DNA of 64,000 nt from Flaccisagitta enflata (GCA_965153355.1 OZ231126.1:16120001-16184000); one strand, 5' to 3'; positions 1 to 23,927 are shown, counted from the first letter of the stretch. Notes: generated from the sequence alone by a model not told the origin. Numbers and translations are program-made.

Positions 1-500
1 TTCTCCGGTTTCCGTTTTCCGTCCGTCCGTCCGTCCCCCCCTCCCCCAAGCCTCAAATAAAGCCTCTCAGACCCCAAATCAGGCCTTTTCGACTCCAAAT
101 CAGACCTTTCTGACCCCAAATCAGACTTCTCAGACCTCAAATCAGGCCTCCCAGACCCCAAATCAGGCCTCTCAGACCCCAAATCAGACCTCCCAGACCC
201 CAGATCAGGCTTCTCAGACCCCAAATTTGGCCGTTCAGATCCAAATCAGGCCTCAGACCCCATGTCAGGCATTTCAGACCCCAAATTAGACCCCTCAGAC
301 CAAAATAAGGCTTTTCAGACCCCAAATCAAGCCTCTCAGACCCCAAACCACGCCTCTCACACCCTAAATCAGACCTCTCAGTATGTGGAATCATAGGTCA
401 TCGGCCCCTCCGGGGCCGCTGCCCCTCTCATAATCTCCTCTCCACATACACTAACTTAGGGGCATCGGGTACCGCTGACCATTTAACGCTTTTGCGACTA
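1..500. mobile_element. Family B element (21-bp repeats cctctcagaccccaaatcagg), partial
   Basis: Same ggggccgctgccc / gggtaccgctgacc end as 20320-20790. Confidence 0.6.
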
Positions 501-897
501 TTTCTTCTTCTTCTTCTTCTTCTTCTTCTTCTTCTTCTTCTTCTTCTTCTTCTTCTTCTTCTTCTTCTTCTTCTTCTTCATCATCTTCTTTTTCTTCTTT
601 TTCTTCTTGTCTTTTTCTTTTTCTTCCTCTATTTCTTTTTCTTCTTCTTCTTCTTCTTCTTCTTCTTCTTCTTCTTCTTCTTCTTCTTCTTCTTCTTCTC
701 CTTCTTCTTCTTCTTCTTCTTCTTGTTTTTCTTTTTTTCTTGTTTTTCTTTTTCTTCTTCTTTTTGTCTTTTTCTTCGTCTTCTTCTCCTTCTTCTTCTT
801 CTTCTTCTTCTTCTTCTTCTTCTTCTTCTTCTTCTTCTTCTTCTTCTTCTTCTGCTTCTGCTTCTTCTTCTTCTTCTTCCCCTTCTTCTTCTTCTCT
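500..897. repeat. (TTC)n microsatellite
   Basis: Direct inspection. Other long SSRs: (CT)n 2745-2974 and 3413-3673, (GAAT)n 3855-4140, (CA)n 10588-10762. Confidence 0.95.
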
Positions 898-1181
898 AAT
901 TTTGTTCCGTGCTGGTTGTGTTGTTTGTCATTAGTCTTCTTTATCTCTCCGTTTCTGCTGCTTTGCTCCCAATCGTGCCAATTGGTCTCCTCGACTTTTT
1001 TCTCTTGTTTATCTTTTCTGTTTTCAACGCTCCAATATTAGTGTATCCCTCAAAGCCTTGTTTTCCTTCACTGTTTTGGTTTTGAGTGACCGTGTTAGCT
1101 ACAAAGAGGTCTTCAGTTGGATATTTCAACTGTTTACTATGTTTATATTGATTAACAGAAATTTTAAGCTCGTGACTTCTA

Positions 1182-1368
1182 TTTTTAGTCGCGTGCACGC
1201 GACTCTACACCCCGCTTTGTCCGTCGGTCGGTCGGTTGGTCCGTCACATTTTATTTTTTTTATGACTATTTTTGGACCTCACTGCTCCTGCCCAAATGGT
1301 CTAGAGACCTCAAATATGGCCCCTGCCCACCCGCACGCGACTTCGGTAGCCGTGTATCCGGCCTTGTT
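1182..1368. mobile_element. Non-autonomous Helentron-type element, family A
   Basis: Starts ttttagtcgcgtgcacgcgactc (hairpin), has a (gtcg/gtcc)n tract, ends cgcgact..gtagccgtgtatccggccttgtt. Copies or fragments near 5722, 8275, 22260, 26520-26780, 27450-28010, 35945-36108, 50421-50635, 54105-54575. Confidence 0.6.
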
Positions 1369-2142
1369 TAAGTTTCATTCAGCTAAATCAGGCTAACCTA
1401 CATCAAATTGCGTTAACTTTATGTCAGTATGTGTACCGCTGATGTTGTTCGTGCAATTTCAAAAACAGTAAACAATATTTTCCACACATTTGTGATAATT
1501 CATTGATTAAACCAGAATTCAATTAAAGAGTTTGATAATAAATACAGTTAAAAATACATTGTAGTAAATCAAAGATCAAAAGACGAAATAACGATCAATG
1601 CTTGTGTTTTATGGCAAGCGAATGATATCTTTACAAACATGAGATACAGGGCTGTCTTGAGTCTCAAGTTTAGAACAAAAAAGAAAAATTAGGAACATGA
1701 TGAACTATCTTCAATTCTCAATCGTCATGCAAGTAGGGAAAAATGAAACTCACCAGCAGATAAGTTAGCTAGCCATTTCAATTAAGTATTTCATGTCATT
1801 CAGTAACGCTATGCGACTTGATGAATCAGCACTGCTGATTGTACTGGGTATGACGGTTTGATGGTAGAGAATAAGTTTACAAGCATGCATTCTGTTTTTT
1901 TAGGTATTTTACCGAGCGACCTCTCAAGTAAGTGAACTGACGCTCGCCATTAAAGCAAAAAAGTGAAAAATCATCATGGTGAAATTTCCATTGAATCATT
2001 TGTACAACCATTTTAGCAACATCTCAGACATAGACGTGGGGCAGGAAAGTTTGGTTCCCAATTTAGAAAGTGGAGAAAAAAAGTTACCAAATGCAGATTT
2101 GAATCAATCAATGTGCAAAGGTTATCAATTATTTTTTTCAAC

Positions 2143-14093
<11,951 letters not shown>

Positions 14094-14779
14094 CTTGACA
14101 TTACACTAGTGGATTGGGGTTCCGTAAAATGTCTATTTCCTCCTTATCCTTTGTGTGCTTTCTTCCTTTTTTTGGGCAACACGTCGTTAAGCGACGTTAC
14201 TTTTCACTTATCCTGATAAAGAAAGACAGAATGATGAGGCAATTAGGGATGAAAAGGTACATCGGGAACAATGCTATGCTATACTATGTAGATGGAAATT
14301 TCTGATTACCCATCGCCAATTTTCAATTCTAAGGAAAGAATTGAGCCTCAATTCTGATAGAGAGCGGAGATCCGGTTTGGTAAAAAAAATAAATATTCAT
14401 CGCTCGCGTCAGTCACAATTTGTAATTGACACGCCTTCAGCTTGCAAATTTTTCATTTTTTAAAATCTAATCTGTGAAGGACTTCACGATATTGAAAAAA
14501 AAACAACATTGGACTCTGTTTCGTGGCAACCGTCGAAAGATCGACTTCAAAATTCGATAGAAAAAGATTTTTCAAGGATTTCTTTTTTCTTTTTTTTTCT
14601 TTTTTTTTTGCATGAAAGCCAAATCGATTTGTTGCCATTACACCTTCTTATCGTGAAACACGAGAGGGATATAAAGCGAGACTTCGGTCTCGCGCAATTC
14701 ACTGTCTGTTTTCTTTTGTCTGTCTGTCTGTCTGTCTGTCTGTTGTCTGTCTGTTGTCTATCTGTAGTCTATCTGTCTG

Positions 14780-14827
<48 letters not shown>

Positions 14828-15005
14828 TCATCCGTCTGCATTTTGGTTTGTCTGCCTCTTTGTCAGTCAGGCAGTCAATCTGTCTTCACACCTCTCTCTG
14901 TTTCAAATTCAAATTCATGCATGTCTGTGTGTCTGTGTCTGCCGTCTGTCTCTCTTTATCTCTTCTTTGCATCTCTGTCTCTCTGTCTTTTTGTCTCTCT
15001 GTCTT

Positions 15006-15068
<63 letters not shown>

Positions 15069-15110
15069 TTTCCCTCCTCTTGCCGCCACCCAAGATGACG
15101 AACCCCTGAT

Positions 15111-16422
15111 TGGGCGCGTGGTGGCCGAATGGTTAAGGCTCTTGCCTTCGGTTTCGAAGGTCGCGGGATCGGTCCCCGTCTGCGTTCCCCGCTCAGACGT
15201 AGCATTGCTAGCGTAGCGTGTGTTTATGATTGAAATAAAGCTTGTGGATACACGGCGTATCCGCAAGATGTCATGCTGCTGACACCGAGAGACGTGTGCT
15301 AGGTCGAGACGTGCTTTGCTCGGGTCCTGGACTTGGAACCAGGCACAGGGGTAGAGACGTTCCCCCTGAGGTGGCTTACAGCTGTCCTCACGCTTCCCGA
15401 AAGGAGGTGCCCAGGGGAGGATCGATCCTGGGACCATGTGGTCATGCAGCCGAGGCTTTCCTCGGTGCGCCACCGAGTCATGTCCGGAAGCAGATTGTCT
15501 GGAACTTCCTTTATGGATGGCAGATCCTGCATTAAGCCATTATGCAGTGCTAGTCTGGGTGAGGTCATTGCCCACATGCCCCCCAGACTGTGACTCGCCT
15601 GTTCACACCGTGATAGGAAGGGATCATGGCGTTGGCCATGCGGTGTGTCGGGCCGAGGAGCAGTCTCAAGATGGAATGACCGTAGCACGAAGGTTGGAAT
15701 CATATGCACCATTGTAGGAATTTTTGCACTGTTTTGCCTGTCGCATGGGTGTGACCCGTCCCGTGGGCGCCTAGGTGGACCTGTTGGGTATCCACCATCG
15801 TAGGTGACTTTGCACTGTTTTGCCTGTCGCATGGGTGTGACCCGTCCCGTGGGCTTCCTAGGTGGCATATGCGTTGTAGACAGTTCGACTGTCGGGCTCA
15901 CCAGTGTGGATACACGGCGTATCCGCAAGATGTCATGCTGCTGACACCGAGAGACGTGTGCTAGGTCGAGACGTGCTTTGCTCGGGTCCTGGACTTGGAA
16001 CCAGGCACAGGGGTAGAGACGTTCCCCCTGAGGTGGCTTACAGCTGTCCTCACGCTTCCCGAAAGGAGGTGCCCAGGGGAGGATCGATCCTGGGACCATG
16101 TGGTCATGCAGCCGAGGCTTTCCTCGGTGCGCCACCGAGTCATGTCCGGAAGCAGATTGTCTGGAACTTCCTTTATGGACGGCAGATCCTGCATTAAGCC
16201 ATTATGCAGTCCTAGTCTGGGTGAGGTCATTGCCCACAAGCTCCCCTTATGGTTGCAGCAGACAACGATCTGACACGACATTGACAGGAGTCTTACACAA
16301 AAAGATCCAATGGCATGGCCCAATGTTGTGGATTGCATGGCCTCTCTGGAAATCAGATGCCGCATTCATGCTCATCTCGCCCGGGTAGACTCCCCCGGTT
16401 AACAACAACAACAACAACAACA
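15111..16422 (+). mobile_element. tRNA-derived SINE (~310 bp) with (AAC)n tail, interrupted by a TRIM
   Basis: tRNA-like head with A box TGGCCGAATGG and degenerate B box GGATCGGTCCC; 3' stem-loop ccggg..cccgg; (AAC)n tail; 13-bp TSD acgaacccctgat (15098-15110, 16423-16435); empty site in the paralogous arm at ~45634-45647. Confidence 0.88.
15243..16238 (-). mobile_element. TRIM (non-autonomous miniature LTR retrotransposon)
   Basis: 334-bp TG...CA LTRs at 15243-15576 and 15905-16238 (2 mismatches seen); 4-bp TSD AGCT; minus-strand PBS TGGTGAGCCCGAC (15903-15891, tRNA-Trp-like); G-run PPT at 15584-15579; 328-bp non-coding interior with a ~55-bp internal direct repeat. Confidence 0.92.
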
Positions 16423-16666
16423 ACGAACCCCTGATAAATACGGAATTACCGTCGGAGGGGGGGGGGTTGTTGTTATTTGATGGAGGATTGAAATCGAAGT
16501 TTAAATCATACTTTCTATCCTTTTTTCATTTTACCATTTTTTTTTCATTTGTAAGGCAAAAAAGGGGTTTCTGATACTGAGGGTTAATCCGATAATTTGA
16601 GATTTTGCAAGTTGGTGTTTGGTAAAAATGAAGAACGTTCATTGTAAAATGAGATGATTAGATGAT

Positions 16667-17149
16667 AGTTCAAAGATCAAAGTTCAGATCAAAGTTCAGA
16701 TCAAAGTTCAGATCAAAGTTCAGATCAAAGTTCAGATCAATGTTCAGATCAATGTTCAGACCAAAGTTCAGATCAAAGTTCAAAGATCAAAGTTCAGATC
16801 AAAGTTCAGATCAAAGTTCAGACGAAAGTTCAGATCAAAGTTCAAAGATCAAAGTTTAGATGAAAGTTCAGATGAAAGTTCAGATGAAAGTTCAGATGAA
16901 AGTTCAAAGATCAAAGTTCAGATCAAAGTTCAGATCAAAGTTCAGATCAATGTTCAGATCAAAGTTCAGATCAAAGTTCAGATCAAAGTTCAGATCAAAG
17001 TTCAGATCAAAGTTCAGACCAAAGTTCAGATCAAAGTTCAAAGATCAAAGTTCAAAGATCAAAGTTCAGATCAAAGTTCAGATCAAAGTTCACTTAGTTC
17101 AGATGAAAGTTCAAAGATCAAAGTTCGGATCCAAGTTCAGATCAAAGTT
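16667..17149 (+). repeat. 12-bp minisatellite (agatcaaagttc)n; mirrored at 45038-45405
   Basis: Direct inspection. Confidence 0.9.
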
Positions 17150-19535
17150 GCGCGGCTGGGTCTGAGAGGCCTGATTCGATGCTGGGGGGAGCGAGGAACG
17201 GAAACTGGAGAAGATTGTCATATATGGAAGTTTAGCGGCTCTTCGCTGCCCCCCCCCCTAAAGAATTAAAAACAAAGAGAACAAAACAAAAATCATCTCG
17301 CTGTTCAAAATTCATTCCAATTCTCAAAATAGTCGCTTGATTGTCTCGATTAAATAGTCGCTTAATTGTTCGATCAAATAGTCGCTTAATTGTCTCGATA
17401 AACACTTGACCTGTTGACTTAGTTCCATTGTTCCATGGATTGAATTGTTGCAAAGAAAGCGAGTTATTTGTCCAGGTGTGCTACTTTGTTGCTGCTAACT
17501 TTCCATCCATAGAAACAAGGCCAAGTAGGTCAAAAGGTGCGACATGTGGATCATCTAATGAATGCGCGACCGACCAACCGACCAACTGACCAACCAACCG
17601 ACCGACCGACCGACCAACCGACTGACCGACCGACCGACCGACCGACCGACCGACCAACCAACCGGCCGACCGACCGACCGACCAACCGACGGAAACAGCC
17701 AGTTAAAGAGGTGCTTTCTCGCACCTAGACATAGAAGCTCTTGAATTACGTAGGTGACTTCTGTGTTAATGTCATTTTAATTATATTTTAAAATTATTTT
17801 GTTTCTATTCTTAGTTTGATAACTAAATTGCAAAATAACTAAATTAACTAGACTAACTGGACTAACTAGACTAACTAGACTAACTAGACTAACTGAATTG
17901 CAAATCATGTCACGTATATTGGCAATCAACAAATTCAATTGGCAACATAGATTACAAAAAAATTGCACGACATGAGTCGGCTACATACGACAGAAGGTTG
18001 TCCTATGCTGACAGCGTCAATGGCAACAAGGTCATTAGACCAACAACATGTGCGTCGGCACTTATAGAAGAAAATCTGACAGACAGACAGACAGACAGAC
18101 AAACTATTTCATCTTCAAAACGACATTTGAACTACGTGGCTGTTTATTCCTGAAAGTTTCTTTTCTAATGTTCAGAATAATAAAAAAACGCAATGAAAAT
18201 CTTTACACCAACTTTGTGACGGACGGACGAATTGACGGACAGACCGAAAAGTGGCTTATAGAGTCGCGTACCACGCGACTAAAAATTGAAGTTGACCATT
18301 ACATAACCAATTGTATGTGTAATGAAAAATGTATGCTTGAACAGTCTACTAATGAAAGAGTCCATGAAATGAGATGGATTAAAAGAATTGCCGGCACAAA
18401 ATCGAAAATGTATCGATCAAATAGACTAATTAAACGGCCGAAAGTGTACAGTATTGAATCGCTTTACTGCAACAGAGATGGTTGCTAGTGAATTGAATCA
18501 ATCTTGTCTATCCCTGTTTTTTGATAACTGAAACTTCCTTTGGTGCTTCGTATCTTATCTTAGAAATTTAGGATTCATATTCTTTTTTTGTTTGACTTGG
18601 AAATTAAAAAGTCGCAATTTTCAAAATCAAGCCTTTTCTCATGAGCTCACTGTTTCAGTTCAAAAACATTGCTTGCCGAGCAGCACAGATTTGTTGAATT
18701 TTAAGAGGTACTGTACGATGGAGCTCGTGTCCCTCGCCCGCGCGCTTTCTTCATTACTACATAAATACTTTCAGGTTCTCATTGACAAGTATTAGTTGAA
18801 AAAAAGATGGAGGCATTTCTAGAAAAATATTTCGAAATATTTCAAGCCTCTAGCAAAGATGAAACAGGAATTCAGAGCTCTATCGTAGTTGGGGTAAGTT
18901 GTTGTAAGGGATGTTAAAGGCGTTTTTTTTACCAATTAGGTTAATTTTTAACAGTTTACTTGTTTCCCTAAAATTGTCATCATGTATGAAATTTTCATGA
19001 ATCTTAGGCGCATTGTAAAAACTGTAACACTCGGGTGTGTCAATATGCTAAAGGTCTTAAGAGCAAATCATAATTTTCAGGGAGTATGTGGACACCAATT
19101 ATCGGGAAAAAAGGCGAAGTCAGTCTTCGACTTTTTTACATATTCCAGAGAAACATGGTTTTCATTTTCTTATTTGGAAGTTTTGAATCTCCATTGACTG
19201 ATTGGGGCGTCCTATGAAATTGATAGAGTAACTAAATTTGATAATTCTATTTCATTTGGCGCCAAGCAGAATGCTCTACCACAAATATTTTTCAAGTTAT
19301 GATTTTTCAAAGATTTAATTTTGAAAAATTCAAATCAATCTTTTTTTTTCTTATTTCTTTTATGATTTTAAGTAGGATCAATAAAAGAGTGTATCTACAG
19401 GGTCATTGATCTCAAATGACAAAAAGTATCAAGCTTTTACTTCAATATGTATTATCATGCAGCTCTGGAAATTATTTTCCTTTAAGTACTATGTTTTACG
19501 TTATTTGTAATAAAATTTTATTGGTCTGGGTTGAA

Positions 19536-19998
19536 CCAGAGGAGGAAGGAGGCTGATAATGTGTAAAGAGCTCTTTTAGGGTATGACTTTTTTCTTTGGA
19601 ACGAATTCTACCACTTAGTTTTGATTTTTGATCTTTTTATGGTCAGAAAAAGTCACTATCAAGAAATTCTTCGATCAATTTGTAATCTTTGATTACTAAC
19701 GCAACCTGATTTTTGTGTGTCATAGTGCAGTTGAGAATGAAGTGAAACATAGATGAGTTATCCTCTGCTATGTTTTGTTAAAAACAAAAAAATGTTTCCT
19801 CAACCTCTTCTGTTACGATTTCTATAGCAATCTGTTTTAAATAATTTTTTTATATTACTAAAATTAATTTTAGCTATCTTCCTAGGCCGTAAGAATTGAT
19901 TTGACAGCAGATTCTTCTTAGTTTGACATGAATTTGTGTGAAACAAGAAAAAAAATAATTCTTACGGCATGTTAGGTACCCTGCCGGCCCCCCCTGGG
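19536..19998. mobile_element. Insertion with ccag...ctgg termini and 7-8 bp TSD (g)ggttgaa, hAT-like
   Basis: Absent from arm 2 (single ttcaaccc at ~42623-42630). Confidence 0.55.
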
Positions 19999-20319
19999 GT
20001 TGAATAGTTTAGCCACAACATCAATTTGAAGTAAATTAAACATTAGAAAACAAGGTTTTTTTCTAAAGTAATTATTTGGTAAATAAGTTTTATATTTATA
20101 TAGTTTGAGCTAAAGATGCCAAATTAGTGTTAAGAGAAGGGGCAATATGAATATCTTCTTTTTTTTTCCAATTTCAAGCTTATCTGATACTTGTCAGTTA
20201 ATTGGTTAAAAGACAACTGCAATCTAAACAATAGTTATTGTAAAAATATGGTAAATTGGGCTTACGCTGTGAATATTTTTTCTTCTTCAAATTGATGTTG
20301 TAGCCAAATTTTTCAGGAA

Positions 20320-20790
20320 ACAAGTCATCCAAGGATCGCACATGGTCAGCGGTACCCGATGCCCTGCTTGGAGTGATTAGCTGAAAAAGTGGAGTGAAGC
20401 AGGGCAGCGGCCCCAAATGGCCGATGTCCTGTAGGACACAGGGGTGAATTTCCATACGTCCTGAGAGGGCATATTTGGGGTAATTTTCCATAATATTCAT
20501 TGGGAATTTTGAATTATTCTCAATTTTTTATCAATTTGCCATGTTATTCAATGGGAATTTGAGGCCTGAGAGGCTGGATTTAGGGCCCAAGAGGCTGGAT
20601 TTAAGGCCTGAGAGGCTGGATTTGAGGCCCAAAAGGCTGGATTTGAGGCCTGAGAGGCTGGATTTGAGGCCTGAGAGGCCAGATTTGAGGCCTGAGAGGC
20701 TACGAGGGGGTACGTACGGACGGAAGGACATACATAATTTTTAGCCCCTGTGTCCTACAGGACATTGGCCCTTTTGGGCCGCTGCCAAAA
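20320..20790. mobile_element. Non-autonomous Helentron-type (HINE/DINE-1-like) element, family B
   Basis: ~42-bp subterminal inverted repeats (gcagcggcccc..ggccgatgtcctgtaggacacagggg) around 21-bp tandem repeats, with conserved end gggtaccgctgacc. Relatives at 1-500, 27003-27410, 41835-42305, 45751-46150. Superfamily assignment is by structural analogy. Confidence 0.6.
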
Positions 20791-21212
20791 AAAAGTTTCA
20801 AATCTGTCAGATTATATATCTTAAGGTAAAAGCACATTACTTTTTGCCATTTGAGATAAATGATCCTGTATGTTTGTTTGAGCATGCAAATACAAAAAAA
20901 CATATTCATCAGCATAGCTACTCATCTGTGAGGGTGTTTTTCAGTATTCCAGCTCAGTTAGCTCAGTCTTTTTTTATTTTGAATGCGATAAATGTATAAA
21001 TGTTTAGATACATGTTTGAGCAAGCAAATACAAGAAAGCATGTCAGAAAGTGTAGTTGGTCATCTGTGTGAGTGATTTTGAGTATTTTAGCTCATCTAGC
21101 TCATTAGGCTCAGGCCTATTTTTCTCTGACTTTCAGTGCAATCAATACGTACTCTTAATTTTATCTAACATGGTAAGCATGGAATGGATGTTTGGGGGTT
21201 AGTTTTGCTAAA

Positions 21213-21274
21213 TGGAAAACTAGGAGTGATGCGCGTAGTAACTAGTCAGTGAGGGCTCACAAGGCCCTCTTCCA
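21213..21274 (+). ncRNA. Twister ribozyme, type P5 (copy 1)
   Basis: P5 UGGAA/UUCCA, P2 CUAG/CUAG, GA-GUG, short P1, UAA cleavage motif, P4 GAGGG/CCCUC, T1 UC/GG, T2 CAC/GUG. This copy has an A.G mismatch in P1. Confidence 0.6.
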
Positions 21275-21515
21275 TATTTTTCAGTTTGGGTATAGTGAGG
21301 GATGTTGTTCCACCTATCATACTACTCAGTACCTTGGATAAGAATGTCCGGCGGTCGCATTAAGCTTGACCTCGATTCTATCCTTCAAGGGTATGGTTTC
21401 TTGACAATGTTAACCTCGGGTGATTTGTTGAATTTTGTTAATAAAGGTAACAGTCATTGGCCCTTATCTATTTTGGTAAGCATGGAATGGATGTTTGGGG
21501 GTTAGTTTTGCTAAA

Positions 21516-21577
21516 TGGAAAACTAGGAGTGATGCGCGTATTAACTAGTCAGTGAGGGCTCACAAGGCCCTCTTCCA
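21516..21577 (+). ncRNA. Twister ribozyme, type P5 (copy 2)
   Basis: All twister stems and both pseudoknots can form; predicted cleavage U21542/A21543. Confidence 0.68.
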
Positions 21578-21818
21578 TATTTTTCAGTTTGGGTATAGTG
21601 AGGGATATTGTTCCACCTATCATACTACTCAGTACCTTGGATAAGAATGTCCGGCGGTCGCATTAAGCTTGACCTCGATTCTATCCTTCAAGGGTATGGT
21701 TTCTTGACAATGTTACCCTCGGGTGATTTGTTGAATTTTGTTAATAAAGGTAACAGTCATTGGCCCTTATCTATTTTGGTAAGCATGGAATGGATGTTTG
21801 GGGGTTAGTTTTGCTAAA

Positions 21819-21880
21819 TGGAAAACTAGGAGTGATGCGCGTAGTAACTAGTCAGTGAGGGCTCACAAGGCCCTCTTCCA
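21819..21880 (+). ncRNA. Twister ribozyme, type P5 (copy 3)
   Basis: Same sequence as copy 1. Confidence 0.6.
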
Positions 21881-22563
21881 TATTTTTCAGTTTGGGTATA
21901 GTGAGGGATGTTGTTCCACCTATATACATAAGATTTCAGTGATGGAAGACAAAAACTTGGTGGAGAGTGGCCAATGCTTACGACTTTGTTCCTCACGGCG
22001 ATAGCTGCCAGTACTGGTAAAAAAATTACCGTTTTTTTTTTTCAAATTTCATTCATTTTTTGTCACTTTGATATCCTCATTCAGCCCCTAATTTGTACAT
22101 AGTAATCGCGCTCAAAAATGTATTGCCACATAAAGCGTTTGTTTGCTATTCAGCGCAAAGCTCTTGATGGGCAAAAAAGAAAAAAAAAGAAAAAACAAAG
22201 GACCATGATATATGGAAGTACTCATAAGACGAAGCCGGCTTGTAACAGACAAAGATTGAGAGACTACTCCCGTCGCGTGCGGGTGGGCAGGGGTAGTGTT
22301 TTTGGGCAGTTGCATTGAGGTTAAAGGCCCCATCAACGGCAAAAAAAGTATTAAGGTGACCAACGGACGGACGGATGGATGGATGGATGGATGGATATAT
22401 GGATGGATGGATGGATGGATGGATGGATGGATGGATGGATGGATGGATGGATGGATGGATGGATGGATGGATGGATGGATGGATGGACGGACAAAGAGGG
22501 TTGTAGCGTCCCGTGCACGCGACTTGAAAAATTACATATGGCTATCTCCTTGGGTTCCAGGTT

Positions 22564-23894
22564 ATGTTAGATGCCTTACGGGCCATCAATGATGAGGTTT
22601 ATAAATTTAAAAAGAGGTAGAAATGGTATTTTCGGGTATATTTCGGATCGTTTTCCTAATTCGCAACTTTAGTCGCTGTGGCGTGAACTCAACGTGCCCA
22701 ATACACGAGAATGACGAGATTATATATACCCATTTCGGCTCCTAAAAAATGCAATTAGCAATATTCATCTCCAGCTGGTTATACACAACGAAAACTTTTT
22801 TTTAGGGCATAGAAATAATCAATCGCTGCGAACGAAGAGACAGAAAGGATCAATCTGTACTTTTGAAAATCTTCGCGCCTTCATTTTGCCTTCATGTGAT
22901 TATCGCGTGCGTCCTACTGCCTCTTCTGTTGAAAAATCTACGCGGGCATTCAAAGGGCTTACTCATATTTCAGTAAGTGGCGATTGTCTTTTACCTTTTT
23001 TTCACATTCGTAGAATCTCTGATAGACCTCGGCCTTTCATTCGATTCCGGAAACTCTCAGCCCGTAGAGATTCTCCAAAATTTGAGCCATTTCGACGAAT
23101 CCAACACGACCGAGACTGATCAATGGCCATTCCTAAATCTTTCGAAATTTGTCAATTCCCTGGGCAATGGGGTTTCTTACGTGACGCATGAAGTGGAAAG
23201 CAAACCGATTCCGGCGAAATTGTCATATTTCTGGGATACTTTAAGGAATATGTTCTATTACCAACACAACATGCTTATGATTCTTCAAAGCCTTCATTAT
23301 CGAGCCTTGATTTGCGATTCGTTGAATTTCGAAGAATACAGGAGACACGTCTTTAAGAGACTCGTTCTCGTTTTAACATGTTCCTTCATTTTTTCCTCGC
23401 CTCATTCATTATTCTTAGTTATGGAATTTAGCCAAATCGGTAGCAATACGAGTCCTTTCACATTTGTGAAACGGTCCTTCAAACAAATTTTGTACGTGTA
23501 CGATATGACGGGAATGGCTATTACCAAGGCGGCTACCGCTGTCATCCTGATATTCGTCGCCTTTTCTGTAAAAAAGGCGCTAAATCAATCGAATGAGGTT
23601 CGTGATCGGCCATCTCGAGGCTGTTTGTCGCCTCCGTTATTCATCGTCGTCTGTCTCATCCCGCTTGGCATCCATTTTTTCCATCTTCTCGGGGATGTCC
23701 CCAGATTTATTTTGTACCTCGTTCATTACTTGGTATGGAATGGGAAGCTAAACGGTTGTCTGGATCACAATAGCTATTTCAGCGTCAACATATTTTTGCC
23801 GCTTAATTTCTTCGCATATTGTATCGGATCTTTGGTACAATGTTCGGCGTACTTGATCTATTTTCCCAATCTCCGCAAAGTAAAATGCTTTTAA
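22564..23894 (+). pseudogene. Paralogue of the 7TM receptor with an in-frame nonsense codon
   Basis: join(22564..22596, 22806..23894); near-identical to the 39.5-40.8 kb copy, but CAA>TAA at 22974-22976 in TM2. Confidence 0.65.
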
Positions 23895-23927
23895 CATGAC
23901 TCTTGAAACGAGGCTATTACTAGTATA

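Larger units (their letters stand above)
21171..21922 (+). mobile_element. Tandem array of 303-bp monomers (~2.5 units) carrying three twister-like ribozymes; candidate retrozyme insertion
   Basis: Period 303 (21213/21516/21819). Absent from the paralogous arm (empty site ctaaca|tatacataag at 41455/41454). Diverged relative at 4246-4594. Confidence 0.8.

Noticed and set aside
492-1041. Long ORFs of poly-L/F/S, (ER)n, (SL)n, (KKER)n here and at 2468-3839, 9453-10950, 24455-25304, 46758-47736
   Set aside because: They are translations of microsatellites, not genes.
15111-15190. tRNA gene
   Set aside because: Degenerate T-loop and anticodon arm; it is the head of a TSD-flanked SINE.
15299-16388. 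ORFs up to 278 aa within the TRIM
   Set aside because: No gag/RT/integrase motifs; they run through duplicated LTR sequence.
21171-21922. Hammerhead ribozyme or CRISPR-like array in the 303-bp repeat; 66-67 aa ORFs
   Set aside because: No CUGANGA/GAAA core on either strand and no unique spacers; the short ORF is interrupted by a stop in the 4.3 kb copy.
21974-22016. Signal-peptide-like mini exon MLTTLFLTAIAAST|GT upstream of the 7TM gene
   Set aside because: It lies in a dispersed repeat also found at ~49025-49070, and its phase leads to a stop in the next candidate exon.
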